A stretch of DNA of 64,000 bases from Obrimoposthia wandeli (lineage: Eukaryota): contig CDROCS010000122.1 in NCBI GenBank assembly GCA_977020255.1, forward strand, positions 62,001 to 126,000, given 5' to 3'. Of this stretch, positions 49,111 through 60,351 are shown one piece after another. The position numbers and the translations under genes were made by a program. Each line of letters opens with the position of its first letter. Position 1 is the stretch's first letter. The notes below the pieces were generated by a model. That model saw only the letters and a program-made list of their open reading frames with translations. It searched no databases and was not told the DNA's origin.

Positions 49111-49251
49111 GCCAGTGTAGCGAGCGTGTGGCTTACCTCTATTGCCATGCCAAGCGACCTCAATCTCGCTGAAACGAGCATCTTGAGGTAACTTGGGTAT
49201 ACAGCATAATGTTTTTATTAAGCGATAAAGATCGAATTCAGGTTGTTTCTT

Positions 49252-49671
49252 TTATTGTACTTTAACCAGCATTAAATCTAGATTATTGGTTGTAGACGCA
49301 TCTGTAATCACATGGTTTGCAGTATCGGTAATAAAAATCAATTTGCCGTTTACTTCAATACGAGCACTAATCGCATAAGTATGATTACTTTTTATGTCTT
49401 GGAGTTCGTATCCAAGCGAAAAGTCATAAGGAGCTTGCTTGCCTTCAGACATAAATGCCTGACTGCTAATGACTTCTGCAGCTACATCCATTTTCGATAC
49501 ATCAGATAAAGTCACTGTAATACGCGCATTATTAGGAAGCGCAATACGCTCACGATAAGCGATAGAGCCTGTTACTGTTCCCATATCATTGTCATTTGGC
49601 ACTAAAGTAGTACACGCTGTAACAACAAGAGCTGAAATCAGCGTAAATAGTAGTGCAAAAAACTTTTTCAT
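49252..49671 (-). CDS. ybaY: YbaY family lipoprotein
   Basis: Lipobox VTAC, YRERIALP, LSDVS. Confidence 0.9.
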   Translation of the reverse strand: MKKFFALLFTLISALVVTACTTLVPNDNDMGTVTGSIAYRERIALPNNARITVTLSDVSKMDVAAEVISSQAFMSEGKQAPYDFSLGYELQDIKSNHTYAISARIEVNGKLIFITDTANHVITDASTTNNLDLMLVKVQ

Positions 49672-49791
49672 GATTAACCCTTAAAAACTAAACTCCATTA
49701 AGCTGAGATGTAATTACTATTTAATAACACATGAGTTTGTGTTCTAGTCTGGTAATAACTCCTTAATAATAACATGGTAATAGGATCCACA

Positions 49792-50661
49792 ATGAGTAAA
49801 GAACTGAATGAACTTCTCAATCTTTTACAATTAGAACGACTGGAGCAAGGTTTATTCCGTGGTCAGAGTGAACATTTGGGTTTACCTCAGGTTTATGGTG
49901 GTCAAGTTATCGGTCAATCTCTTTCTGCCGCAAAAGAAACGGTTGATAGCCAGCGCCATGTTCATTCCTTTCACAGCTACTTTTTATTACCTGGCGATCC
50001 TGAAAAACCCATTATTTACGATGTTGAAAAACTACGTGATGGTAAAAGCTTCAGTACCCGCCGAGTGAAAGCGATTCAAAATGGCAGACCTATTTTTTAC
50101 TTAACCGCCTCTTATCAAGCAGAGGAAGCAGGATTTGAACACCAATCAACCATGCCAAATATTGCGGGCCCTGAAGGGTTAGCGTCAGAGCAAGAACTGG
50201 TTCAATCTATTGCGCAGTATCTTCCTAAAAAAGCCGTTGAGACCTTTGGTCGCGATCGCCCTATCGAAGTACGCCCTGTTAATGTTGTTAACCCACTAAA
50301 CCCGAAAGCCTCAGAACCCAAACAGTATCTTTGGATTAAGGCTAACGGCGAGATGCCTAATGATCCTCGTATCCACCAATATGTGTTGGCTTACGCATCT
50401 GATTGGGGATTTCTGGTTACAGCACTGCAACCACACGGCATCACACTCTTAACCCCGAAAATGCAGGTTGCCACGATTGATCACTCAATGTGGTTCCACC
50501 GCCCTTTCCGTCTTGATGAGTGGCTACTTTATGTTATCGAAAGCCCATCAGCCAGTGGTGCACGAGGCTTGGTTCGTGGTGAAATTTACAACCAAAAAGG
50601 TGAACTTGTCGCTTCAGCCGTTCAAGAAGGTTTAATGCGCCAACGTCAAGATTCTGTGTAA
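49792..50661 (+). CDS. tesB: Acyl-CoA thioesterase II
   Basis: [30 protein letters not shown]. Confidence 0.97.
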   Translation: MSKELNELLNLLQLERLEQGLFRGQSEHLGLPQVYGGQVIGQSLSAAKETVDSQRHVHSFHSYFLLPGDPEKPIIYDVEKLRDGKSFSTRRVKAIQNGRPIFYLTASYQAEEAGFEHQSTMPNIAGPEGLASEQELVQSIAQYLPKKAVETFGRDRPIEVRPVNVVNPLNPKASEPKQYLWIKANGEMPNDPRIHQYVLAYASDWGFLVTALQPHGITLLTPKMQVATIDHSMWFHRPFRLDEWLLYVIESPSASGARGLVRGEIYNQKGELVASAVQEGLMRQRQDSV

Positions 50662-50768
50662 AACACACTTCTCGTCATCATTTATCTGCACCATGTGAAA
50701 AGTGAAGGGGGATTATTCATCATAAATAATCCCCTTCTGCTTTCTCTTTTTATCTGTCTTACCGTTTA

Positions 50769-52547
50769 TTAAATAGCGACTATTTTCTCTTCTTCTAACT
50801 GATGTAAATGCTCACTCGCCTGTTGCAGTTGATACATCTGCCAATAATGTCCTTGTTCCATCAATAACTGCTGATGCGTTCCACGCTCGGTAATATCGCC
50901 ACGGTGCAGCACCACAATTTCATCAGCATCCATAATGGTTGATAAACGGTGGGCGATAACCACAATGCTCATATCTTGACGTAAGACATTCAACGCCAGC
51001 TGAATTTTCTTCTCTGTTCCCGAATCAATGTTTGCCGTTGCTTCATCTAAAATCAAGATTTTCGGTTTTGCCACCAGCACTCGAGCCAATGCAAGTAGCT
51101 GCTTTTGGCCCGCCGACAAGTTCGCCTCTCCACTACCAAATAACGTATCTAGACCGTCTGAATATTGTCGAATTTGCTCGGCAAGCCCTACTTTATCTAA
51201 AGCGTCCCAAATCACAGCGTCTGTAACATTACGCCCTAATTGAATGTTTTCCCTTACCGTGTCACTCAAAATATGCGGGTCTTGTTGAACCATCGCGATA
51301 CCATCACGAAATACCGTTTTATGTAATTGAGTAAGTGGGCGCTTATCAACCAAAATGTGCCCTTGTGATGCAGGATAAAAGCCCATCATCAACGAAGCTA
51401 ATGTACTTTTACCGCTGCCAGTATGGCCCACCAATGCCAAGAACCCACGGTGATGCAGGTGTATATCAATATTGTTTAAAACCGTCTGCTCACCGTCGTA
51501 ACTAAAGCTGACATTCTGACATTGCAACTCACCCTGTTGAATCACTTGTTGATCATCACCATAGTCTTGCTGCTTTGCGTCGATCAAAGCAAAAATACGT
51601 TCACTGGCAACCAAGGCTTGCTGCAATAAGGATAATTGCTGCGTCATTTCAATTAATGGCTCCGTTACGCGCCCCAAGTAACTGATAAACGCATAGAGCA
51701 CACCAACGCCGATTAATTCAACGCCACTCACCCCAAATAATGCCACCAATGATATTAAAGCAATACCCGATAGCAAATCGATGAGTGGGCGCAATAACAA
51801 ACCGTTTAGCTTCATGACCCCGACTTGTGCCCGTAAATGACTGTTTGTCAGTGATGAAAACTGTTCACTGAATGCACGCTCTTGGCGCATCAATTGAATT
51901 AAGCTCATTCCCTGAATAGATTCACTCATCGAGGCATTTATATCAGCCAGTAAATCTCGCATTTTTCGATAAGCATTGGCACTTTTCCGCTGATAAATCA
52001 CCATGATAAAAATAACAATGGGTAATAAAATCAAGACAATAATAGTTAAGCGCCAACTTAAAAGACTCATGACCACCAGCATGACACTGATCAGGGTGAC
52101 ATTTTTTAATACTGTTGCAATAACAAAGACATAAAAATCTTTAATCGATTCAGTGTCATTGGTAATTCGTGAAATAAGCTTGCCCGTTGGCATGTAGTCA
52201 AACGCTGATAATGGTTGATTAAGTACTTTACCAAATAGCTGCTTGCGTACCGTCTGTACTACGCCAATCGCGATCGTATTAAAACGAATGGATTGGGCAT
52301 ATTTTAGCCCTGCCCCAATAATCATTAAACCAACGTAAGCAGCCGCTAATATCGCGATGGCTTCTATCGGGTAATTATCTTTCGCAATATAGTTATCAAT
52401 AAAATGGTGAATTAACCACGGCCCTGATACATCAGCCAGAGCCCCTGCAAACAAAAGCCCAATTGCGATGGTCAATTTCTTTTTATCGTTCAAGGCATAC
52501 CGTAATAAACGTATTAAAACAGCTTTGTTAACGGCTTTATTTTCCAT
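50769..52547 (-). CDS. mdlB: ABC transporter fused permease/ATPase MdlB
   Basis: GHTGSGKS, LSAGQKQ, LDEATANID; coupled to mdlA. Confidence 0.9.
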   Translation of the reverse strand: MENKAVNKAVLIRLLRYALNDKKKLTIAIGLLFAGALADVSGPWLIHHFIDNYIAKDNYPIEAIAILAAAYVGLMIIGAGLKYAQSIRFNTIAIGVVQTVRKQLFGKVLNQPLSAFDYMPTGKLISRITNDTESIKDFYVFVIATVLKNVTLISVMLVVMSLLSWRLTIIVLILLPIVIFIMVIYQRKSANAYRKMRDLLADINASMSESIQGMSLIQLMRQERAFSEQFSSLTNSHLRAQVGVMKLNGLLLRPLIDLLSGIALISLVALFGVSGVELIGVGVLYAFISYLGRVTEPLIEMTQQLSLLQQALVASERIFALIDAKQQDYGDDQQVIQQGELQCQNVSFSYDGEQTVLNNIDIHLHHRGFLALVGHTGSGKSTLASLMMGFYPASQGHILVDKRPLTQLHKTVFRDGIAMVQQDPHILSDTVRENIQLGRNVTDAVIWDALDKVGLAEQIRQYSDGLDTLFGSGEANLSAGQKQLLALARVLVAKPKILILDEATANIDSGTEKKIQLALNVLRQDMSIVVIAHRLSTIMDADEIVVLHRGDITERGTHQQLLMEQGHYWQMYQLQQASEHLHQLEEEKIVAI

Positions 52548-54289
52548 TATGCCTCCTTGATTGCGCGTTCTAATTGCTGATAACGATGCATCTCTGCATA
52601 CCACGCATCGTCTTTAATCAAGTTATGGTGCTTGCCTTGCTCAACGATTTGACCATGCTGCAACACTAAAATTTGATCCGCTTGCTCTAATGCCGTTAAA
52701 CGGTGAGCAATCACGATGACTGTTTGCTTTGTTTTGGTGGCTTGTAAATTCTGCAAAATCGTATGTTCGGTTTTACCGTCAACCGCAGACAGTGCATCGT
52801 CCAATACCAATATTTCGGCCTCAAGCAGTAATGCCCGTGCAATGGCAATACGCTGTTTTTGACCACCAGACAGTGTGATCCCTTTTTCACCCACTAAGGT
52901 GTTATACCCTTCTGGAAATTGAAGAATATCATCATCTATACACGCTAATTGTGCCGCTTGGCGAACCTGCTCATGGCTGGCTTCAGGCCGACCGAGTGCA
53001 ATATTGTCGGCTATAGAACGAGAGAATAAAAAAGGCGTTTGACTGACCACGGCAAATCGACTGCGCCATTGATGCAAATCGGCCGCTTTTATCGATACGT
53101 CACCATAAGTAATGTGACCATGCTGTAATTCTTGCTGGCGCAGTAATAACGCCAGCAAGGTTGATTTACCACTGCCAATTGGCCCTGCAATACCAAGTAT
53201 CTGCCCTGCTCGTAAATCAAATAATACATGCTGCATAGCGGGGTGTTGTTGTTTACCCCAATGAAATCGCTCAATAGCCACATGCAATGTTTGACCTGTC
53301 ATTTCTAGCGTGTTTTCGCCACTCACAATGCTAGGCTGCTGATCAAAGATGTGCTGCAAACGCTTTAATGCTGCCGAACCTCGCTCTAGAATATTAAATA
53401 CCCATGCCAGCGCTAACATTGGCCAAATCATTAACCCTTGGTAAAGCGTGAACGCAGTAAGATCCCCCAACGTTAGCCGACCTTGCGACACCATATAACC
53501 GCCCCCCGCAATACTGAGGAAAAAAGACATGCCAATCGTTAGCTGAATAACGGGATCAAATTTGGCGTCGATCTGCTCCACCGCCAAATTTTTCTGCCCG
53601 ACAGCATCGACAACCGCATCAAATTCCTGCTGTTGCCGTTGCTCTAAGCCAAATGCCCGAATCATTCTGACACCATTTAATGACTCTTGGGTTTTATCGG
53701 TAAGATCAGAAAATGCGGCTTGTGATTCAGAGAAACGTGTATGTAATTGGCGACCAAAACCAAAGACGATAAACGCCATAACCGGCATCGGTAACAGGGC
53801 TAGAATAGTGAGCTCCCAGCTTAACTGCGTCGTCATTACCAGAATAACGGCTAACCCCATGATCAATGAATCTGCAGCGGTTAACACACCTTCTCCTGCC
53901 GTCATCACCACAGCATTCACATCATTGGTTGAACGCGCCATTAAATCACCGGTTTTATAGCGTTCAAAAAAAATAGGGGAATGGGATGAAAAATGACGAT
54001 AAAGCCTGTTCCTTAATACGGAGCCTAACTTTGCAGCGGCACCAAACAGCCACACTCGCCATATAATGCGCAGCACGTATACAAGGGTCCAGAGAAGGAC
54101 AATTCCCCCCAGCCACATAAACATCGTCGACGAACTCATATCACCCGATACGACACCATCCACAATCCAGCCAATTGCACGAGGTGGAAGTAATTCAAAG
54201 GCAGATACCAAACACAAAATAAAAATAGCACCACTATAACGGCGCCATTCTTGGCGGAAAAACCACCGGAGTTGCCAAAAAACCTGCAT
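52547..54289 (-). CDS. mdlA: ABC transporter fused permease/ATPase MdlA
   Basis: GEGVLT, GPIGSGKS, LSGGQKQR, LDDALSAVD. Confidence 0.92.
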   Translation of the reverse strand: MQVFWQLRWFFRQEWRRYSGAIFILCLVSAFELLPPRAIGWIVDGVVSGDMSSSTMFMWLGGIVLLWTLVYVLRIIWRVWLFGAAAKLGSVLRNRLYRHFSSHSPIFFERYKTGDLMARSTNDVNAVVMTAGEGVLTAADSLIMGLAVILVMTTQLSWELTILALLPMPVMAFIVFGFGRQLHTRFSESQAAFSDLTDKTQESLNGVRMIRAFGLEQRQQQEFDAVVDAVGQKNLAVEQIDAKFDPVIQLTIGMSFFLSIAGGGYMVSQGRLTLGDLTAFTLYQGLMIWPMLALAWVFNILERGSAALKRLQHIFDQQPSIVSGENTLEMTGQTLHVAIERFHWGKQQHPAMQHVLFDLRAGQILGIAGPIGSGKSTLLALLLRQQELQHGHITYGDVSIKAADLHQWRSRFAVVSQTPFLFSRSIADNIALGRPEASHEQVRQAAQLACIDDDILQFPEGYNTLVGEKGITLSGGQKQRIAIARALLLEAEILVLDDALSAVDGKTEHTILQNLQATKTKQTVIVIAHRLTALEQADQILVLQHGQIVEQGKHHNLIKDDAWYAEMHRYQQLERAIKEA

Positions 54290-54621
54290 AGAACCTCACA
54301 AAATAGCCATGCTTTATCCACTTTAGATGGATACGTAGACGTCAGCTTAAAGCATTTAGCTATTAACTAAATACACGATGGGCAATAGATACGATGAAAA
54401 ATAAAAATAAACTGATAACACTTATTTTCAAGATGTTAGAGGGAAATTCAACCACAAAATAGTGGCCAAATTAAAAACAGAGGTTAATCCTGCTTATGTG
54501 ACAAGCAGGATCTAAAAGCATGTGCAATGAAGCGATAACACGGTAAAACGCCAGATTTATAGCCGTTGCTTTATACACAGCTGTAGCTTATAAACCGTCG
54601 TAGTTTATAAACCGCCATCGT

Positions 54622-55083
54622 TTATAAAGGCAATGCGGTGGTATATTTCAAAGGCTCCATCGCAAACGTAGACGTCACATTAGTTAACCCTTCTATGCTG
54701 TTAACCAACTTTTTGTAAAACTTATCAAATGCAGCCATATCAGCAACTTGCACTTTCATCATGTAATCATATTCACCAGCCATACGATAGAACTCCATTA
54801 CCTCTGGAAATTCAGACACTGTCTCGACAAAGCAGTGATACCACTCTTTCGAATGATTACTGGTTTTGATCTGTACGAATGCAGTAAACGATAACCCCAA
54901 CTTGATAGGATCAAGTAATGCGACACGCTTTTGGAGTATCCCGCTTTCTTCTAGTCGTTTAAGGCGTTTCCAACAAGGTGTTGTTGTCAGATTCACCGCT
55001 TCTGCTAAATCGGATAAGGGCATTGTGCCATTCTGCTGCAACAACCGAAGCAATGTTCTATCAACGTTATCTAATTTGTTCAT
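54622..55083 (-). CDS. decR: Lrp/AsnC regulator DecR (YbaO)
   Basis: [40 protein letters not shown]. Confidence 0.88.
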   Translation of the reverse strand: MNKLDNVDRTLLRLLQQNGTMPLSDLAEAVNLTTTPCWKRLKRLEESGILQKRVALLDPIKLGLSFTAFVQIKTSNHSKEWYHCFVETVSEFPEVMEFYRMAGEYDYMMKVQVADMAAFDKFYKKLVNSIEGLTNVTSTFAMEPLKYTTALPL

Positions 55084-55263
55084 TTCTTTCTCTTGAAATT
55101 TAAAATGGAGAATATTTTTCTTCATTTTAGGTTTTTTACAACAAACAAAGCAAAGCTTTTTCTCTCAGGTGCAGTACTATAATTCTTATGGTGTAAATAA
55201 GAATAATACCTCGTCACAAAATGAATAATTAAATCAGCCTAATCAAAGATTTAAGGGTAGAAG

Positions 55264-56349
55264 ATGAACAATGAATTGCAGCCAAAAAAAAGAAACCCTC
55301 AATGGGTAAATAACGCCATACGTAAAATTGAAGCCGACTACCAGCGATCAGCAGATACGCACCTGATCAAGCTTGATATTGCTTGTTTAGCAGGCATCGA
55401 TATTTATCTAAAAGATGAAAGCACTCACCCAACGGGTAGTCTTAAACACCGTTTGGCACGTTCATTGTTTTTATATGCGTTATGTAATGGCTGGATTAAT
55501 GAAGATACCACCATTATAGAATCATCATCAGGCAGTACTGCGGTATCTGAAGCCTATTTTGCACGCTTATTAGGTCTGTCTTTTATTGCCGTTGTTCCTC
55601 GTAAAACCGCGTGTAAAAAGATTGAGCAAATACAATTTTATGGGGGGCGTGCACATTTTGTGGATAGCCCAAATGCCATCTATGAAGAATCGCGCCGTCT
55701 GGCACAAGAGTTAAATGGCCATTACATGGATCAGTTTACCTTTGCAGAGCGTGCCACAGATTGGCGTGGGAATAACAATATCGCAAACAGCATTTTTGAA
55801 CAGATGCAGTTAGAAGCGCACCCTATTCCAACTTGGATCGTAATGAGCCCAGGTACGGGTGGTACATCTGCCACTATTGGCCGCTATATTCGCTATCAAA
55901 TGCACGATACCAAATTGTGTGTAGTCGACCCTGAAAACTCAGTATTCCACACCTATTTCAAAACCCGAGATATTCATTTAACAGGCACCGTGGGCAGCCG
56001 TATTGAAGGTATTGGTCGTCCACGCGTAGAGCCAAGCTTTATTCCTGATGTTATCGATGAAATGCGCACAATTCCAGATGCCGCCAGCGTTGCCACCGTG
56101 CATTGGCTTGAGAAATTACTGGGGCGTAAAGCGGGCGCATCAACAGGTACCAACCTCTTTGGCGTACTGCAACTCGCGAGTGAGATGAAAGCCCGTGGCG
56201 AGACTGGATCTATCGTGACCTTGCTGTGCGACAGCGGTGAGCGCTACCTCGATACCTATTTTGACGCTGAATGGGTACAAGAAAACATCGGTGATCTCTC
56301 TCCTTATCTTGATCAATTAGCCGCATTTGAACAAACAGGCACGCTGTAA
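55264..56349 (+). CDS. cdsH: PLP-dependent cysteine synthase-family enzyme (cysteine desulfhydrase CdsH)
   Basis: [22 protein letters not shown]; divergent from decR. Confidence 0.8.
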   Translation: MNNELQPKKRNPQWVNNAIRKIEADYQRSADTHLIKLDIACLAGIDIYLKDESTHPTGSLKHRLARSLFLYALCNGWINEDTTIIESSSGSTAVSEAYFARLLGLSFIAVVPRKTACKKIEQIQFYGGRAHFVDSPNAIYEESRRLAQELNGHYMDQFTFAERATDWRGNNNIANSIFEQMQLEAHPIPTWIVMSPGTGGTSATIGRYIRYQMHDTKLCVVDPENSVFHTYFKTRDIHLTGTVGSRIEGIGRPRVEPSFIPDVIDEMRTIPDAASVATVHWLEKLLGRKAGASTGTNLFGVLQLASEMKARGETGSIVTLLCDSGERYLDTYFDAEWVQENIGDLSPYLDQLAAFEQTGTL

Positions 56350-56424
56350 ATAAGCGATTCATTTTCAGCCTATTTTGATTCATTAATGCATCTATCCAAT
56401 TTGTTGTGTTTGTACCTTTCGTTT

Positions 56425-56450
56425 GCCGTAGCTTGTCTACGGCTTTTTTT
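56425..56450 (+). terminator. Terminator after cdsH
   Basis: GCCGTAG-CTTGT-CTACGGC-T7. Confidence 0.85.
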
Positions 56451-56557
56451 TACACTTTTTTCCATACCCGCTCTAGGGTACGATAGCCGCTCATCTACAT
56501 ATTATTAAGTCGGTACCGACTGTTTTTCGGTAAGGCTACAAATAAGGACACATTCCC

Positions 56558-57256
56558 ATGCGTAAAGCTGTTGTCGTATTCAGTGGTGGACAAGATTCCA
56601 CGACTTGTCTAATTCAAGCCATTGAGAACTACGACGAAGTGCATTGCATCACTTTTGATTATGGTCAGCGTCATAAGCTGGAAATTGAAGTGGCGCAATC
56701 GATCACTAAAGAGTTGGGTATCACCGCCCATAAAGTGATGGATGTTGGCTTGCTCAATGAGCTAGCGATCAGCTCTTTAACTCGCGACAATATTGAAGTG
56801 TCACACGAGCTACAAGCCAACGGTTTGCCTAACTCGTTTGTTCCAGGTAGGAATATTTTATTTCTCACATTATCTGGTATTTATGCGTATCAGATTGGTG
56901 CTGAAGCCATTATCACTGGTGTCTGTGAAACCGATTTTTCTGGTTACCCTGATTGCCGTGATGAATTTGTAAAATCACTGAATCAATCATTGGTGCTAGG
57001 TATGGATCGCGCATTAAAGATCGAAACACCATTGATGTGGCTGAACAAAGCGGAAACATGGGCATTAGCCGATCAATATAAGCAATTAGATTTTGTGCGT
57101 GAGAAAACCTTAACCTGTTATAACGGTATTATTGGCGATGGCTGTGGCGATTGCCCGTCTTGCGACCTACGCCGTGCTGGCTTAGAAGATTACTTAACGA
57201 ATAAAGACGCTATCATGGCAAGTTTGGTGGCAAAGCAAGCTGAAGGGCAAGCTTAA
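56558..57256 (+). CDS. queC: 7-cyano-7-deazaguanine synthase
   Basis: [22 protein letters not shown]...GCG.CPSC. Confidence 0.97.
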   Translation: MRKAVVVFSGGQDSTTCLIQAIENYDEVHCITFDYGQRHKLEIEVAQSITKELGITAHKVMDVGLLNELAISSLTRDNIEVSHELQANGLPNSFVPGRNILFLTLSGIYAYQIGAEAIITGVCETDFSGYPDCRDEFVKSLNQSLVLGMDRALKIETPLMWLNKAETWALADQYKQLDFVREKTLTCYNGIIGDGCGDCPSCDLRRAGLEDYLTNKDAIMASLVAKQAEGQA

Positions 57257-57385
57257 TGTCGTTGGAATGAGTAAAAGTATTTTAATTTACAAAATCCTTT
57301 AATTTACATGCAGATATAAAAAACCGGAGCATAGACTCCGGTTTTTTAATTCGACTACCATTGAGAAGTCATCACTCTTACACGA

Positions 57386-58318
57386 TTAATCGCGGTACAG
57401 AGAGAACTCATCTTTGCAATCGAGTAACTGTTGGCGTGTCATCATGAATACACCATGACCACCATTAGAAAACTCAATCCAAGTAAATGGAATGTTTGGA
57501 TATTGCTGCTCCATGTGAACCATAGAGTTACCCACTTCACAAATCAGAATACCGTCGTCTTTCAGGTAATCTGGTGCATTTGAAAGAATTCGACGAACCA
57601 GTTTCAAACCATCCGTACCTGCCGCTAAGCCAAGCTCTGGCTCATGGCGGAATTCTTCGGGTAGATTGTCCATATCTTCCTGATCAACATAAGGAGGATT
57701 GGTTACAATCAGATCGTATTTATCTTTAGGTACATCACGTAATAGATCAGAACGTAGCGGAATAACCTGCTGCTCTAAACCATGATCGTGAATATTTTGC
57801 TCAGCCACTGCTAATGCATCGATTGAAATATCAACCAGATCCACTTCTGCATCAGGGAATGCATGTGCACAAGCAATACCAATACAACCACTACCTGTAC
57901 ACAAATCCATGATTCGTGTTGGTGCTTGTTGTAAAAACGGTTCAAATTGCGTTTCAATCAGTTCAGCAATCGGTGAACGCGGTACAAGGACACGCTCATC
58001 AACGAAAAATTCTAAACCACAGAAATACGCTTTGTTTGTCATGTATGACACTGGTGTACGGTCATTGATACGACGAATAACACGTTCAACGACACGTAAA
58101 CGTTCGCTGCTCGTCAGGCGTGAAAAACGCACTTCTGACGGAATATCAAGTGGTAAATACAGTGTTGGAAGTACAAGCTGAACTGCTTCATCCCAAGCAT
58201 TATCTGTACCATGACCATAAAAAAGACCAGCAGCATTGAAACGGCTGACAGTCCAACGTAGCATGTCTTGCAAAGTGTGAAGTTCATTGACAGCTTCGTC
58301 GACAAAAATCTTATCCAA
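57386..58318 (-). CDS. prmB: 50S ribosomal protein L3 glutamine methyltransferase
   Basis: [24 protein letters not shown]. Confidence 0.97.
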   Translation of the reverse strand: MDKIFVDEAVNELHTLQDMLRWTVSRFNAAGLFYGHGTDNAWDEAVQLVLPTLYLPLDIPSEVRFSRLTSSERLRVVERVIRRINDRTPVSYMTNKAYFCGLEFFVDERVLVPRSPIAELIETQFEPFLQQAPTRIMDLCTGSGCIGIACAHAFPDAEVDLVDISIDALAVAEQNIHDHGLEQQVIPLRSDLLRDVPKDKYDLIVTNPPYVDQEDMDNLPEEFRHEPELGLAAGTDGLKLVRRILSNAPDYLKDDGILICEVGNSMVHMEQQYPNIPFTWIEFSNGGHGVFMMTRQQLLDCKDEFSLYRD

Positions 58319-58371
58319 AATAGCCTCCGAAAAACGCTACAATACCGCCATACAGATGTTGGAATTTCATT

Positions 58372-58902
58372 ATGAGCAAAAAAAATCCTAACTTAGAAGA
58401 TGAATTGTCACTCTTCCAAGATGCGGTAAAAGGCGTAAAAAAGTTCACGCATGATACCATAATCACGCGACGCCAACAGAACTCAAAGGTTGATAAAGCC
58501 AAGGTCTCGAGTAAAGAAACCCAAAATCATGAGTTTTATTTCTCTGATGAGTTTGAACCGCACCTAAATGAGCATGGTCCGACGCAATATGCGCGTACTG
58601 GTGTGTCTAAATATGAAGTGAAAAAGTTGCGACGTGGTATCTATGTACCCGACATGTATTTAGATATGCATGGTATGACGCAGCAAGAAGCCAAACGAGA
58701 GTTAGCCGCCATGTTAGCTGCTTGCATTAAAGAGAGTGTATCTTGTGCCTGTGTAATGCACGGTATTGGTAAACATATTCTGAAGAAGAAAGCCCCCTTA
58801 TGGTTGGCACAACATCCCGATGTAATGGCCTTTCACCAAGCACCTTTAGAGTTTGGTGGTAACGGTGCGTTGTTGGTATTAATTGACATTCCTGAGCGAT
58901 AG
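58372..58902 (+). CDS. smrB: Endonuclease SmrB
   Basis: LDMHG, MHGIG, GGNGA Smr domain. Confidence 0.93.
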   Translation: MSKKNPNLEDELSLFQDAVKGVKKFTHDTIITRRQQNSKVDKAKVSSKETQNHEFYFSDEFEPHLNEHGPTQYARTGVSKYEVKKLRRGIYVPDMYLDMHGMTQQEAKRELAAMLAACIKESVSCACVMHGIGKHILKKKAPLWLAQHPDVMAFHQAPLEFGGNGALLVLIDIPER

Positions 58903-59020
58903 TGCCGGATATATACATTCAATTCGCAATTAACCCCAGATAATACATCGACTTAGGCCATGCACGTTTCTAAGTTAGAATGTTAGCATCTGGGCGTTAT
59001 CGCATCAAAAATAACGCTTA

Positions 59021-59383
59021 TTAGTACGTATATTTCGCTAATGAACCCACATTAATAACCTGACCTTCTTGAATCAGCGTTACTTCACCACTCTCGCAAA
59101 TTTGCATCCGTGTTTTCACTGATGATTCACTGTAGTAGTGCTCACAAGAGCCATTACGTGCACTATCAATACGTGAAAATATAGTAATTGAACCCGCAAC
59201 CATTAATCCGCCCGGAGAAGCAAAAGTCAATGTGCTACCCGACGTAGAAATACGCATCTCTTCACTAATACCATTCGCCCATTTAATGGCACCATTAGCA
59301 TTAATTGTTGGCCTTTGAGGGCCCCCCTGAACACAACCAACAAGTAGTGCAGTACTAACAACTGCTAATATTTTTGTTTTCAT
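59021..59383 (-). CDS. Hypothetical lipoprotein
   Basis: Lipobox LVGC, beta-rich. Confidence 0.7.
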   Translation of the reverse strand: MKTKILAVVSTALLVGCVQGGPQRPTINANGAIKWANGISEEMRISTSGSTLTFASPGGLMVAGSITIFSRIDSARNGSCEHYYSESSVKTRMQICESGEVTLIQEGQVINVGSLAKYTY

Positions 59384-59600
59384 TATTACGGTTTCTTCTA
59401 TTTCAAAGTGGAAAAATGAGGCTCAATAAAAAGCGGCAAAGCAATGCACTTATGATTAACCACAAGCAAAAACTGTTCCACTTTGTGATTCCGTGAGATG
59501 GAATAAGATAATCGTGATAATCGACGATTTCATAAATACAAAAAAACGCCAATTTAATATTAAAATCAGCGCTTTATAATATTAAATGTTCAAGTCTTAT

Positions 59601-60071
59601 TTATACGGGCACGTCTTGCCATAAAAATTCAGCCACCTCGGTATCAGGATCGTAGTCAATAGCGGCAATCGCTGACGTTCTAAACATAGGGGGCTGTATA
59701 CCCTTAACGATATCGGCCGTTAAATACCCTACTAGAGGAAGATGAGAAACCAACATCACGGTTTCAGGTCGTTCAATCGCAATCAATGCTTTAAGGTAAG
59801 CCGCAACATCTTCAGAATCACCATAAGGCGTAATGTTATCAGCCGTTACCACTTTTTTCGCTTCGGGTAACTCGGCGGTCATAACTTGCCACGTTTGCTG
59901 CGCGCGCAAGTAGGGGCTAACCCAAACCAGATCGAGGCTGCCTTCTAAATGTGTCGCTAACTGGCTCGCTACCTGCTTAGATTGCTGCTCGCCTCGTGTC
60001 GTTAGAGGACGTTCAGCGTCACTCGGGGCAAAGTTTTGAGCTTCACCGTGCCGCATGATAAAAATTCGCAT
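59601..60071 (-). CDS. sixA: Phosphohistidine phosphatase SixA
   Basis: MRHGEA, SPYLRA.QT, SHLP. Confidence 0.96.
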   Translation of the reverse strand: MRIFIMRHGEAQNFAPSDAERPLTTRGEQQSKQVASQLATHLEGSLDLVWVSPYLRAQQTWQVMTAELPEAKKVVTADNITPYGDSEDVAAYLKALIAIERPETVMLVSHLPLVGYLTADIVKGIQPPMFRTSAIAAIDYDPDTEVAEFLWQDVPV

Positions 60072-60351
60072 GTATCTTCTTATCCAATCATGAATATCTG
60101 ACGCTATGCTAGCAATTTCAACTAAATCAGCATAGCCATTCGAGCAATTCTATTGCTATTCCGTGACAATGGGATCACTCTCATCTTTATACTCAATAAT
60201 TGGACAGATTGATCACCACTTTAACAAGCCTGCCTTTTATTTTACCTATTTTTATCTATTCACCTGATTTAACGTATAGATAAATAAGATAATTAGACTC
60301 ATTTCCAATTTGCCAGCTTGCGGTATGACGGTCATAATTACTTAATTCCCT

